Shown one piece after another: positions 36,615 to 46,447 of a DNA stretch of 64,000 nt (positions are counted from its first letter, which is position 1; each line of letters starts with the position of its first letter). The notes below the pieces were generated by a model. The model made no database searches. It saw only the letters and a list, made by a program, of their open reading frames with translations, and had not been told where the DNA came from. Origin of the DNA: Candidatus Kuenenia stuttgartensis (GTDB taxonomy: Bacteria > Planctomycetota > Planctomycetia > Pirellulales > UBA1268); assembly GCA_943332855.1 (NCBI GenBank), contig CALQRA010000002.1, forward strand, positions 19,154 through 83,153. Reading direction: 5' to 3'. The position numbers were made by a program, and so were the translations under genes.

Positions 36615-37915
36615 AAGGACCCCCTCCGATGGCCCCCTCCTTCCCGACGAGCCTCTCCAGACGCCGCCTCCTCCGGGCCTGCGGCGTCGGCATCGGCCTG
36701 CCGTGGCTCGAGGCGCTGGCGCCGCGCCGACCGGCAACGGCCGCCGAGCCCCGGTCCCCGCTGCGGTTGGTGGCGATCGAGACGACGATGGGACTGCTCC
36801 CCCAATACTTCTTTCCCGAGGGGACCGGCCACGACTACGTCCCCTCTCCCTACCTCGTCCCCCTCGAGCCGTTTCGCGACCGGCTCACCGTCTGCTCCGG
36901 GCTCTCCCATCCCGACGTCGACGGCGGCCATGCGGCCGACATCGCCTTCCTGACCGGGGCTCCCCACCCGGCCAGCGGTAGCTTCCGCAACACCGTGTCG
37001 CTCGACCAATTCGCCGCCGAACGGCTCGGCGCAGAGACGAGGCTCCCGAGCCTGTCGCTCACCGTCGCCGCCCAGGGAACGACGAGCTTGTCGTTCACGC
37101 GTGACGGCGTGCTCCTCCCCGGCGAGCGGAGCCCGGCCCGGCTCTACCGGCAGATGTTCCTCCAGGGAACGCCGCAGGAGACCGGCGAAAAGATCGAGGC
37201 CCTCCGCACCGGCCGCAGTGTTCTCGACTTCGTCGCCACCGGTGCCCGCCGCCTCGACAAGAACCTCCCGGCCGCCGATCGGGAACGGCTCGACCAATAC
37301 TTCACGAGTGTCCGCGACCTCGAGGACCGGCTCCAGCGGGCCGAGGTGTGGGAGAAGCGCCGCCGCCCTCGGCCGAAGTTGCCCCCCCCGGTGGAGAACC
37401 CCGAGCAGGACCTGTTCACGCTCCTGCGGCTGATGGGGCAGATGATCCGCCTGGCCCTGGAGAGCGACACGACGCGGCTGGTGACGCTGCTGGTCAATCC
37501 GGCCCAGTGGGTACCGCGGGCCCCAGGGGTCGTCCACGAAACCCACGCCCTGACGCACCACGGCAACCGGCCGGAGATGATCGCCGAGCTCAAGCGGGTC
37601 GAGGAGATGCAATTCGTGATCCTCGCCGAGCTCCTCGCCGGGCTCGACGGTGTCCGTGAGGGGAGCCACTCGCTCCTCGACGGAACGATGGTCCTCCACG
37701 GATCGTGCCTGGGGAACGCCAACGCCCACTCCAACAGCCGGCTCCCGGTGCTCGTCGCCGGGGGGGGATTCCACCACGCCGGACACCTCGCCTTCACCGA
37801 TCGTGACGCGCCGCCGCTGGCGAATCTCTACGTCAGTCTGCTCCAGCGGCTCGGCGTCGAAACCGACCGTTTCGCCAGCTCCACCGGCACCCTCCGCGGC
37901 CTCGAGGCCGCCTGA
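36611..37915 (+). CDS. DUF1552-family protein (Tat-signal)
   Basis: LSRRRLLRACGVGIGLPWLEA is twin-arginine-like. Later motifs include HPDVDGGH and HHAGH. A 4-bp overlap with the upstream DUF1592 gene matches the canonical pair. Confidence 0.8.
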   Translation: MKGPPPMAPSFPTSLSRRRLLRACGVGIGLPWLEALAPRRPATAAEPRSPLRLVAIETTMGLLPQYFFPEGTGHDYVPSPYLVPLEPFRDRLTVCSGLSHPDVDGGHAADIAFLTGAPHPASGSFRNTVSLDQFAAERLGAETRLPSLSLTVAAQGTTSLSFTRDGVLLPGERSPARLYRQMFLQGTPQETGEKIEALRTGRSVLDFVATGARRLDKNLPAADRERLDQYFTSVRDLEDRLQRAEVWEKRRRPRPKLPPPVENPEQDLFTLLRLMGQMIRLALESDTTRLVTLLVNPAQWVPRAPGVVHETHALTHHGNRPEMIAELKRVEEMQFVILAELLAGLDGVREGSHSLLDGTMVLHGSCLGNANAHSNSRLPVLVAGGGFHHAGHLAFTDRDAPPLANLYVSLLQRLGVETDRFASSTGTLRGLEAA

Positions 37916-37936
37916 GGCGTCCGGGGCCTCGGCCGG

Positions 37937-40465
37937 TCATTCGCTCGACACGGCCTCGAGCAGATCGATCCGCGCCGCCCGCCGGGCGGGGATCCAGGCG
38001 GCCAGGGCCGTGACCACGACGGCGGCGAGCATGTTGGCGAGGATCACCGTCGGCCGGAGCGTCGAGCGGATCGGATGGCCGAGGAGGGGCTGGCTGGCGA
38101 TCTGGATGAACAGCGCGGTCGTCAGGCCGGCGATGAGACCGATGACGGCGCCGGAGAGTCCGAGAAGGACGCTTTCGAGGACGACCACCCCGGTCACCTG
38201 TCGGCTCGTCATGCCGACCGCCCGCAGGAGCCCGAGCGTGCACCGCTGCTCGAGGACGTTCATCGTCACGGTGTTGGCGACGCCGAGGCTCCCCACCAGA
38301 AACCCGAGCCCGAGGATCGCCCACAGCGACCCGACCACGCCGTTGACGATCCCGTCGACGAAGCGTTTCACATCGGTGAAGCTCCGCAGGAGCATCCCGC
38401 GCCCGTCGGCGATCGCCTGGAGCGGCGCGCGGAGCGCGGCAGCCTCCCCCGGCTTGGCCGTGACGAGGATCACGTCGGCCGATTCCAGTCCGAAGAGCCG
38501 TTTGGCGGCATCCCGGCGGAGGATGAGCGACGCCCCACCCGAGGTGTAATCGACGACGAGCGCGGCCACGCGGACCTTCGTCTTCCGACCGAAGACCTCG
38601 ACGGCGAGGTCGTCGCCGGCGACGAGCCCGAGCCGGCGGGCGAGCACCGTCCCGGCGACCGCCTCGCCCCGGGCGAGGGCCGCCCGGACGGTCGATTCGT
38701 CGGCACCGACCGGGTCGAGCGGGAGCGGGGCGTCATCCGGCACGTCGCGGGCCACGATCACGCACGCCCCCCCGGCGACTCGGCCGGCAGCGATGCCGAT
38801 GACGTCGATCCGGTCGACGCCGCCGATCGCCCGGACATCCTCCTCGGCGGAGCGCGGACCGTCGCCGCCGCCTTCGGCAGCCGCGCTCATCGTCCCGGCG
38901 GGGGTCATCACCCAATCGGCTTGCATCAGCCGGGCGTACCAGCCGCGGATGTCCTCGACGTTGTCGCGGATCGCATGCCCCAATCCGATGCCGTTGCTGA
39001 CCGCGACAACGAGCACGCCGGTGGTCAGGGCCGTCCGCACCGGCTGGCGGAGGATCTGTCCGAGGGCCAGCTCACGCTCGATCCGGAAACGGCGCGGCAC
39101 GAGGGCGGCACAGGCGCGGGCGATCGGCGGCAGGATCACCGGCGTCATCGCCACGAACGACAACAACATCGCGATCCCGGCCGGCACGGCGGCCCGTGGC
39201 GGCAACTTCTCGAGGATCACCAGGCCGAGCATGCCCGTCGCGAACGCCCACAGAACGAGTGCCGCCCCGACAAACCTCCAGGGGACGCCGGGGGAAGGGG
39301 GGGGAGGGGCATTGGCGAGCCCCTCGAGCGGGTCGACGGCGGCCGCCTGCCGCGCCGGCCACCACGCCGCCGCCACGGCCACGAGGATCCCCATCAGCGC
39401 CGACAGCGGGATGATGGCAGGATGGACGACGAGCCCTGTGAAGGGGGCCTGGAGCGAGCGGGAGATCCCCGCCGCGATCGGCCGCGCGGCCGCCAGCCCG
39501 GCCGCGACACCGATCGCTGCCCCGACGGCGCCCAGCAGCGCCGACTCCATCGTGATCATGCGCCGGATCTGCCGGCCACTCGCTCCGAGGAGCCGCACCA
39601 GCGACAACGACCGGCGGCGTTCCGTGACGTTCATCAGCATGGCGTTGCCGACGATGAACCAACTCATCGCCACCGTCAGGCCGGTGACGAAATCGAGCCC
39701 CAGGTCGGCCGAATGCATGACGTCCTCTGCCATGCCAGCCCGCCCGGCAGGGATCTCGGCGACGAGGGTGTCGGGGAGGAGTTTCCCCGCGGCCTCGACG
39801 ACCCCCTTCCGGTTAGCCTCGGGGGTGAGGGCAACCCGCACCCGATCGACCAAGCCGAGGGCGTTGGACATGTCCTCGAGCGCGGCGATGTCGAGAACGA
39901 CCCCCGCCCCCTCACCGAACCAGCGCAGCGACGTCGGCACCGCGAGGCCGACGACGGTCATCCGCCGCACCCCGCGCCGGGCGAAGAACAGGATCTCGTC
40001 GTCGACGACCTTGCCGAGACTGCGGGCGAGATTCTCGTCGAGGACGACCTCGTCGATCGCCGTGCAGGCCCGCCCCGCCGAGAGCTCGAGCATGCCGATG
40101 GCGACGAGCCGTTCGGCGTCGACCCCGACGGCGATCTCGCGGACCCGTTTCTCCCCCACCCGCAGGAGCGTGGGCCGGTAGAAGAGCGGCACGACCGCCC
40201 GGACGCCGGGGATGTTGGCAAGCGACGGCAGGTCGCTGGCCTCGAAACGCCCCCCGGCCTTCGAGAGGATATCGACCGCCGGGACCCCCTCGATCGCCGA
40301 CGTCAGCGACTTGTATCCGGCGCGGGAGGCATCGGCCGACACCCACGTGGCGACGACGGCCCCCACGGCCACGGCGACGCTGAAGATCGTCGCCAGCGCC
40401 CTGCCGGGCCGGCGCGTCCACTGCCGAACGAGCAGCCGGCGCAGTTCGAACACGCCGAGACTCAT
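37937..40465 (-). CDS. ABC transporter permease with two FtsX/MacB-type domains
   Basis: 842 aa. An N-terminal TM + periplasmic domain + 3 TM unit is repeated twice, with FtsX-type conserved segments (RRRSLSLVRLLGASGRQI.., TLGLLRAVGMTSRQV..). Confidence 0.85.
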   Translation of the reverse strand: MSLGVFELRRLLVRQWTRRPGRALATIFSVAVAVGAVVATWVSADASRAGYKSLTSAIEGVPAVDILSKAGGRFEASDLPSLANIPGVRAVVPLFYRPTLLRVGEKRVREIAVGVDAERLVAIGMLELSAGRACTAIDEVVLDENLARSLGKVVDDEILFFARRGVRRMTVVGLAVPTSLRWFGEGAGVVLDIAALEDMSNALGLVDRVRVALTPEANRKGVVEAAGKLLPDTLVAEIPAGRAGMAEDVMHSADLGLDFVTGLTVAMSWFIVGNAMLMNVTERRRSLSLVRLLGASGRQIRRMITMESALLGAVGAAIGVAAGLAAARPIAAGISRSLQAPFTGLVVHPAIIPLSALMGILVAVAAAWWPARQAAAVDPLEGLANAPPPPSPGVPWRFVGAALVLWAFATGMLGLVILEKLPPRAAVPAGIAMLLSFVAMTPVILPPIARACAALVPRRFRIERELALGQILRQPVRTALTTGVLVVAVSNGIGLGHAIRDNVEDIRGWYARLMQADWVMTPAGTMSAAAEGGGDGPRSAEEDVRAIGGVDRIDVIGIAAGRVAGGACVIVARDVPDDAPLPLDPVGADESTVRAALARGEAVAGTVLARRLGLVAGDDLAVEVFGRKTKVRVAALVVDYTSGGASLILRRDAAKRLFGLESADVILVTAKPGEAAALRAPLQAIADGRGMLLRSFTDVKRFVDGIVNGVVGSLWAILGLGFLVGSLGVANTVTMNVLEQRCTLGLLRAVGMTSRQVTGVVVLESVLLGLSGAVIGLIAGLTTALFIQIASQPLLGHPIRSTLRPTVILANMLAAVVVTALAAWIPARRAARIDLLEAVSSE

Positions 40466-41259
40466 CGGCGCTTCCTTCCGGGCCGTTTGCCACCACCGCC
40501 ACCGCCACCGTTCGATCGCGGGGCTGGGCGGGGGACCGGCGGGCGACCGCCACCGACCGGGCTGCCGGGCTGGAGGGTGTCGGAGATGATCCGACCATCG
40601 GCCATGCGGATGCAGCGGCCCGCCTCGGCGGCGATGCCTGGATCGTGGGTCACGAGCACGACCGTCTGGCCATGGTCGGCGACGATCGATCGGAGCAATT
40701 CGACGACACGGCGCGAGTTCTCGGAATCGAGGGCTCCGGTCGGCTCGTCGGCGAGGACGATCGCCGGCGCGGTGACCAGCGCCCGCGCGATCGCTCCGCG
40801 CTGCTGCTCACCGCCGGAGAGGGCATCGGGACGGTGGTCGGCGCGGTGCCCCATGCCGACGGTCTCGAGCGCGGCGCGGGCAGCCGCGTCACAGCGGGCC
40901 TCGGGGATGCCGTCGAGCACCAGCGGCAGGCCGACATTCTCGACGAGGGACAATTCGGGGAGGAGGTTGTAGCGTTGGAAGACGAAGCCGATCCGGCGCC
41001 GCCGGACCAGCGCCAGGTCGTCGTCGCCGAGGGCCGCCAGATCGACCCCCTCGAGGATCACCTTCCCGGCGGTCGGCCGGGTGATGCCACCGAGAAGGTG
41101 GAGGAGCGTGCTCTTTCCCGACCCCGAGGCCCCGGTGATCGCCACGAATTCCCCCGGCTCGATCTCGACATCGACACCACGGATCGCCATCACGCCCGCC
41201 GTCGATCTGGCAGCGGCGCCGAAGGTCTTCTCGAGGTGTACGGCCCGGAGGATCGCCAC
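40462..41259 (-). CDS. ABC transporter ATP-binding protein (MacB/LolD type) with Gly-rich basic C-terminal tail
   Basis: Walker A GASGSGKST, Q-loop, signature LSGGEQQR, Walker B VLADEPTGALD, H-loop VTHD. The tail is ...NGGGGGGGKRPGRKRR. There is a 4-bp overlap with the permease gene. Confidence 0.9.
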   Translation of the reverse strand: MAILRAVHLEKTFGAAARSTAGVMAIRGVDVEIEPGEFVAITGASGSGKSTLLHLLGGITRPTAGKVILEGVDLAALGDDDLALVRRRRIGFVFQRYNLLPELSLVENVGLPLVLDGIPEARCDAAARAALETVGMGHRADHRPDALSGGEQQRGAIARALVTAPAIVLADEPTGALDSENSRRVVELLRSIVADHGQTVVLVTHDPGIAAEAGRCIRMADGRIISDTLQPGSPVGGGRPPVPRPAPRSNGGGGGGGKRPGRKRR

Positions 41260-41481
41260 GGTGTCACGTCCCCTGGTTTGGGGACGGCCTGGAGGGAAGG
41301 GGGAGAAGGGGTGATCTGGGGAACCGGACGATTAATGTACCCAACCCCCCACCGCGCTGTGATCCCAAACTGGCCGACCGTTCTGGTGCGGTTTTCTGGA
41401 GCGATCAGGCAAAGAGTGACGAATCTTCCAGATGTGCCCCCGGCGGACCGCTTCACCCCGATCACGCACCTGGACTCCGCC

Positions 41482-43278
41482 ATGTCTCCCCGAACACGAT
41501 GCTCCCCTCCCGTCGCGCTGTTGGTCGCCCTCGCCAGCGGCTTCCCGCTGGTCGCAGCGGAGGAGGCCTCCTGGCCGCGCCCGCCGGGTGCCCCGATGCA
41601 ACTCCCCTCGTCGGAAGTGCCGCTGGCGGTGACGCCCGATGACGGTCTCGTCGACGGCCTCCCGATGGAGGGCACCGTCCCCACCCCGCGAACGCTCGAG
41701 GAGTTCGTCGCTCTGGCGGAACGGAGCCACCCGCGGATGCTCGCCGCCCGGGCCGCCGTCGAGGCCGCCCGCGGGAAGGCGGTGCAGGCCCGGCTCTACC
41801 CGAATCCGGTGATCGCCGGCTTCAGCCCGCAGATCGCCGGTCCGGAGAGCCAGTGGAGCGGCACGGTCGCCCAAGACCTCGTCACTGGCGGCAAGCTCCG
41901 CCTCCAGCAGCAGGCCGCGATCCGCGACATCCAGCGGGCCGAATACGAACTGATCCGGGCCCGCTTCGACGTCCTCAGCGGCGTTCGCCAGAGCTATTAC
42001 CAGCTCCTCGTCGCCCAGCGCCGGATCGAGATCTACAAACTCCTCCTCGACATCGCCAAACGCTCCTACGAGATCGGCCGTCAGCTCGCCGAGGCTGGGG
42101 AGGGGACAAAGGCCGACGTTCTCTTCTGGAGCATCGAGCGCGACCGGGCCGAGGTGCGGATTCTGAACGCGACGGTGTTCATCGAGACCGGGCGCCGCGA
42201 GCTCGCCGCCGCGATCGGCCTGCCACGGGTCGACATCGAGCGACTCGAAGCCGACCTCTTCCAGGAGCTCCCCAACTTCGACCTCAAGGAGCTCCAGGAA
42301 GCGGTCGTCCGCAGCAACGCCCTGCCGCGCGCCGCAGAGGCGCGGGTCGCCGGCAACCAATGGGCCCTCGAGCGGGCCGTTGTCCAACCGATCCCGAATA
42401 TCAACCTCATGGGCGGCTACCAGCGGCAGGTCGGCATCCCCGCCCAGGATCAGGGGCTCGCGCAGGTGATGATGTCGGTCCCCCTCTTCGACCGCAATCA
42501 GGGGAACATCCGCGCCGCGCGGGCCGAGATCGCCACGGCGCGGGCCGACCTGCGGATGGTGGAGCTCGACCTCGCCACGCAGACTGCCCGAGCCGTCGCC
42601 GCCTACCGGACCTCGCAGCGACTCGTCGATTGGTATGAGGAATACATTCTCCCCAAGGCGCGAGAGACCGTAACCCTCACCCAGACGCTCTATGCCCGCG
42701 GCGAGGTGACCTTCTTAAGTCTTCTCCAGGCGCAGAAGATTCTCACCGAGACGGAGCTGGCCTACGTCGATGCCCAGGCCGAGCGCTGGACCGGCGCCGT
42801 GGCGATCGCCGATCTCCTCCAGCTCGAGGAGTTCCCACCGCGGGCCGACGCACCGGCCGCGCAGCCGATGGGAGAACCGACGGCGCGCCTGGAGGAGGTA
42901 CAGGCCCCGGCCGCCAAGAAGCCGGATGCGGGCGCCGCCAAGCCAACCGGCACGGAGAAGCCCGCGGCAGCTCCCGCGGCATCACCCGCTGCGCCCCCGG
43001 GCAGCAGCCCCCCATCCCCCGTGGGGCGTCCGGCCGTGCCACCGGCCAAGGATATCCTGCCCCCGCAGCCGACCGCGCCGGCAGCGGCAGGGATCCCGCC
43101 GCGAGGGGAGGGGGGGATGCCGCTGACGTCGGCCAACCCTCTGCCATCGGCCGCCGTGACCCTGGTGGGGGGCGTGCGTGAGGCCTCTGGCCCAGACCGC
43201 ATCGCCCCGCGCCCAAGCCCCCGCTCCGTCTTCGCAGCAGGCGCCGAAACGCCGTGGGCTGATGGCCCTCATCCCTGA
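41482..43278 (+). CDS. TolC/CzcC-family outer-membrane efflux protein with long Pro/Ala-rich C-terminal extension
   Basis: ATG 41482 with signal PPVALLVALASGFPLVAAE. Two OEP-type helical repeats are present (RAAVEAARGKAVQARLYPNP..., ARAEIATARADLRMVELDL...). The last ~150 aa (about 42825-43278) are P/A-rich low complexity. Confidence 0.8.
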   Translation: MSPRTRCSPPVALLVALASGFPLVAAEEASWPRPPGAPMQLPSSEVPLAVTPDDGLVDGLPMEGTVPTPRTLEEFVALAERSHPRMLAARAAVEAARGKAVQARLYPNPVIAGFSPQIAGPESQWSGTVAQDLVTGGKLRLQQQAAIRDIQRAEYELIRARFDVLSGVRQSYYQLLVAQRRIEIYKLLLDIAKRSYEIGRQLAEAGEGTKADVLFWSIERDRAEVRILNATVFIETGRRELAAAIGLPRVDIERLEADLFQELPNFDLKELQEAVVRSNALPRAAEARVAGNQWALERAVVQPIPNINLMGGYQRQVGIPAQDQGLAQVMMSVPLFDRNQGNIRAARAEIATARADLRMVELDLATQTARAVAAYRTSQRLVDWYEEYILPKARETVTLTQTLYARGEVTFLSLLQAQKILTETELAYVDAQAERWTGAVAIADLLQLEEFPPRADAPAAQPMGEPTARLEEVQAPAAKKPDAGAAKPTGTEKPAAAPAASPAAPPGSSPPSPVGRPAVPPAKDILPPQPTAPAAAGIPPRGEGGMPLTSANPLPSAAVTLVGGVREASGPDRIAPRPSPRSVFAAGAETPWADGPHP

Positions 43279-43546
43279 CGCCTACCTTCCCGGCCGGGGT
43301 GCCGCCCCCCGACGGTAGCGCGGAGAGGAAGCGAACGCCCCGTCGATCGCTTTAGGAAAACCTGCGGTCGCCGAGAGCACGATCGCAAAACCCAACGCAC
43401 TTCCTCCCGATCTTGCTCTGGTGGTCTCGGCGTGGGATCGACCGCCGGAGGCTATCCAAGCCGGCATCGTCGCCATGGTGAAGGCTTCTGTTCACGAACT
43501 ACTTCCTGAACGAGGTTCTCCGCAAGCGTCCGTACATCAAGCCCGA

Positions 43547-43780
43547 ATGGTAGTTCCAACCTTGAAGCTCAACGACCACGCCGATACCGACTCGCTCTCC
43601 ATCGAACTGTGCGACCGCCCGAGCGTGGAGAGCCGCGAGATTTCGGAGGGCGTTGTCCTCGATTACGACGCGGATGGGAGGCTCGTGGGGATCGACGTTG
43701 ACAACGCCGGCAACAAGATCGAGTTGCAGAAGGTCCTTCTCAGCAAGTTGCCGGGCAAGGTTGAGACGGAAGCGGCCTGA
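43547..43780 (+). CDS. DUF2283-like small protein
   Basis: 77 aa from ATG 43547: LKLNDHADTDSLSIEL....ISEGVVLDYDADGRLVGIDVDNA, the characteristic DUF2283 pattern. Confidence 0.6.
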   Translation: MVVPTLKLNDHADTDSLSIELCDRPSVESREISEGVVLDYDADGRLVGIDVDNAGNKIELQKVLLSKLPGKVETEAA

Positions 43781-43996
43781 TCGCTGACGAAAGATCGGCC
43801 CTCTCTCCGGCCCCTCTGCACCCCCCGTTGGTTCGCGGCCGGCGCTGGGTGGCACCGTTTTCCGGGCCGTGGGGAGTCTCTGGTTCGTCCGTGTTTATCG
43901 CCCGTCAACAGCTGTTGAGGTGAGGGGCGGCAGCGGCGTATCAACAGCTCGCCTCGATCCTTGCCCTGAACACCTCTCCCGTCGACAATCCATTCC

Positions 43997-44272
43997 ATGC
44001 GAAGGTTGCTCTACCAGGACGAAGCTCGGCTCGAATATGGGCGGATGTTCTGGGCCGATCCCCGGAAGCGGCAACGTCTCCTTGATCATTGGCTCGACCC
44101 CCGTCATCCCTCCCACGAGCGTTTCCTGGAGCGATGGCGGCCGATCGTCGCGCGCGTCCTTGAAGCGAATCCTGTCGCCGACGACCTCCTCGACCGTGAG
44201 CTCCAAGCCGAAGGCTTGAGTCTCCGCGTCGTCGTCCGGGAGATTCCCCCCGTCTTCGGCAGTTTTTTCTGA
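43997..44272 (+). CDS. Hypothetical small protein
   Basis: 91-aa ORF with helical, protein-like composition and GC-rich third positions. No family recognised. An antisense ORF (43895-44380) is less protein-like. Confidence 0.35.
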   Translation: MRRLLYQDEARLEYGRMFWADPRKRQRLLDHWLDPRHPSHERFLERWRPIVARVLEANPVADDLLDRELQAEGLSLRVVVREIPPVFGSFF

Positions 44273-44748
44273 CCGGCTGACGATCTCTCCTCTCCTCCGG
44301 GGTGAACAGCATCCCGAAGAGAGGCATCCTATCGCCTGCTGCCAGCCCGTGTCAGCCGGCAGCACCGCCGGCCAGGGCACCGATCGCCAGTTCCAACTCC
44401 TCCTCGGTCATCGACTGCGGCGATGACTTGGTCTGCTCGCGGAACTGGGCCAGCCGGATGACGGCCGCCAGATGCCGTCCGGGCGGGGTCGTAGCGATGG
44501 TGCGTGCGTCGGGAGGATGAAGCCGGGCTGGGCAGTAAGCAATCGGGGACTGCCCGAAGGTTTGATCGCCAGTCTTCGTCACCATTGGCAGGCCTGAACC
44601 TCGTCGCCGGGCCTCATCACCCGGGACGAGCCCTTTCCCGGGGCTGCCACGCGGATTCAATTCCCTCCGCCGCCAAATTGAATCCCACCTCGAACCGATT
44701 CCTTGACGGAAATGAAAGCCTTTCCTACGAGGGATTCCAAGAGGGGGG

Positions 44749-45936
44749 ATGCGCACTCTCATGAGACGCCTTCGGAGGTCTCAATCAACCGGCCTCGCGC
44801 TCCCCAGCAACTCCGGCTCGGGGGCAGGCTCGTCCTCCTCGTGCCCCGCCAACGGCTCTCTTGCGAACGACCCTACCATTTCGTCGCAGTACACCGGCGG
44901 TGCGGGAGGTGGCCTAGTGTTCTTCGTCGCAGGAGCAACCGGGGCGAATGCGGCAAACTCGGTGAGCCAACAGGGAATAACCGGATCAACCGCGCTCACG
45001 CTGGCGGATGGCCAATCGACCGTGACGACCACGCCGCTGGTCTACCAACCCGGTAGCGACGACGGGCCGGGGGTCGTCTCGGCCGTGTGGACGGGCGGCG
45101 AAGGGGACGTGCAGTTTATGCCGGTGGCGGATGAGGAAGTTCAAGCGGCATCGCCGCCAGAGTATTCCGGACCGACCATTCAGGCAGCTCCTCCGTGGTA
45201 CATCAGCGCTTGGTACACGTTCTTCGGAAGACTTGCCAGCGATCAACCGCTGATCGGCGATCCGAGGGGATCCAAGTCCTTCGAGACCGGTGGCAGGACC
45301 TACACCGTTCCCAATTACGTCCACGACGACACCTTCTACTGGATCGCCGGCAATCTCTACCACCGACCGCTCATCGGCGATGTAATTGGAACTGCGGAAC
45401 TGCCATTTCGGATTTTGGCGAACCCGGGACGATTCGCCCATGCTACGGTCGACGGCGCCGTGGGCACGATCACGAACATTCCGAGGCTGCCCGAGATCTG
45501 GAGCGACATGCCGGACTACCAGCGGCAGGACTGGGTAATCAGAATGTTGGCCGTACCTTATCTCACAGCGGCAGGGGTTAGTTTCTCGGGCGTGGGAAAG
45601 TATTCTAAGTCGCCTGATGCAACCCACTTCTATGGGACCGCCAAACCTTTCAGCGATGGAGCGACGCCGGGGTCAATCTATACCCACATCGACCCGGACA
45701 GTGGGAAAGCCGTTCAAAATGCGATCTATAACGCAGACGGGAAGGTGATTGATCATGTGGATTTCAAGAATCATGGCGCCGGCGCACCGTCAGGCCATGG
45801 CCACAGATTTCCGCAGCCGGGCAACCCATCTTCAGGGCATGGCCCAGGAAAGCCACATATCCCAAGCAACCAACTCCCACCCGGGTGGGACGCCCTTCCA
45901 CCGAAAGTAGAGCCACACACACCACTCGGACGCTAG
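44749..45936 (+). CDS. Putative polymorphic-toxin-like protein (C-terminal toxin-type module)
   Basis: 395 aa with no signal peptide. The C-terminal segment is GSIYTHIDPDSGKAVQNAIYNADGKVIDHVDFKNHGAGAPSGHGHRF. This resembles the Y-(D/N)-x-x-G-x-hydrophobic-x-x-hydrophobic-D ... H-x-H tips found on Rhs/polymorphic toxins. An immunity-like gene follows 3 nt after the stop, and the 3' half is AT-richer. Confidence 0.45.
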   Translation: MRTLMRRLRRSQSTGLALPSNSGSGAGSSSSCPANGSLANDPTISSQYTGGAGGGLVFFVAGATGANAANSVSQQGITGSTALTLADGQSTVTTTPLVYQPGSDDGPGVVSAVWTGGEGDVQFMPVADEEVQAASPPEYSGPTIQAAPPWYISAWYTFFGRLASDQPLIGDPRGSKSFETGGRTYTVPNYVHDDTFYWIAGNLYHRPLIGDVIGTAELPFRILANPGRFAHATVDGAVGTITNIPRLPEIWSDMPDYQRQDWVIRMLAVPYLTAAGVSFSGVGKYSKSPDATHFYGTAKPFSDGATPGSIYTHIDPDSGKAVQNAIYNADGKVIDHVDFKNHGAGAPSGHGHRFPQPGNPSSGHGPGKPHIPSNQLPPGWDALPPKVEPHTPLGR

Positions 45937-45938
45937 CT

Positions 45939-46355
45939 ATGACGCCTCTCTCACCAGACCATACTTCCAAGTTTCTCGAACGCTTCGTGTCGTTCAACGA
46001 CGCATTGCTTCGGAGTGTTACGCACTCCTATTTTCCTGACGGAACACAGATTTCATCACTTTCGCTATCCGCCAAGGATATCGATTCTTCAGACGGATGG
46101 TCGAATGTGACCCTTGTTATTGTCGATGTTAAGGAGATTGTATTTCGGGAAGGCGCATCAACTCGACAGATTCTTTCCGATGGTTTGTCCATTAAGTGGA
46201 TAGACGGTCGCGTCTGGTGCGACTTTTCTCCCTACGCCAGTAATCCGCAGAATGAGTCCGATTTTCGTCGATCGGATCTCTTCGTAACCGGCACTCACGC
46301 GGCATGGACAGTGGGCCCCTATGCTGAGAATGTTTCCGTTGCTTGGAAGACCTGA
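45939..46355 (+). CDS. Putative immunity protein (Imm50-like pattern)
   Basis: 138 aa from ATG 45939, 2 nt after the toxin stop. It is cytoplasmic and AT-richer than the window. The F.DA.L.SV...L.L...D......V.LVI.DV.EI.F pattern is typical of small polymorphic-toxin immunity proteins. Confidence 0.45.
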   Translation: MTPLSPDHTSKFLERFVSFNDALLRSVTHSYFPDGTQISSLSLSAKDIDSSDGWSNVTLVIVDVKEIVFREGASTRQILSDGLSIKWIDGRVWCDFSPYASNPQNESDFRRSDLFVTGTHAAWTVGPYAENVSVAWKT

Positions 46356-46447
46356 TCTGGGCGGTAGGAAAGTCTGCGCCCAATGGGGACAACGGCCAGG
46401 CTAAGGTTTCAGTCGCCGCATCCTGTGCACGCGGGCTTTAACTAGGC

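Noticed and set aside
38075-40972. 965-aa plus-strand ORF across the ABC permease/ATPase genes
   Set aside because: It is antisense to genes with unambiguous Walker/signature and FtsX motifs, and its translation is an Arg/Asp/Gly/Pro-rich artefact.
44352-44762. 136-aa minus-strand ORF (or 77-aa version from ATG 44585) upstream of the toxin gene as an antitoxin or HTH regulator
   Set aside because: Only the last ~40 residues look protein-like (AAVIRLAQFREQTKSSPQSMTEEELELAIG), and the 5' part overlaps the toxin gene start. No motif was recognised, so it is mentioned only within the islet finding.
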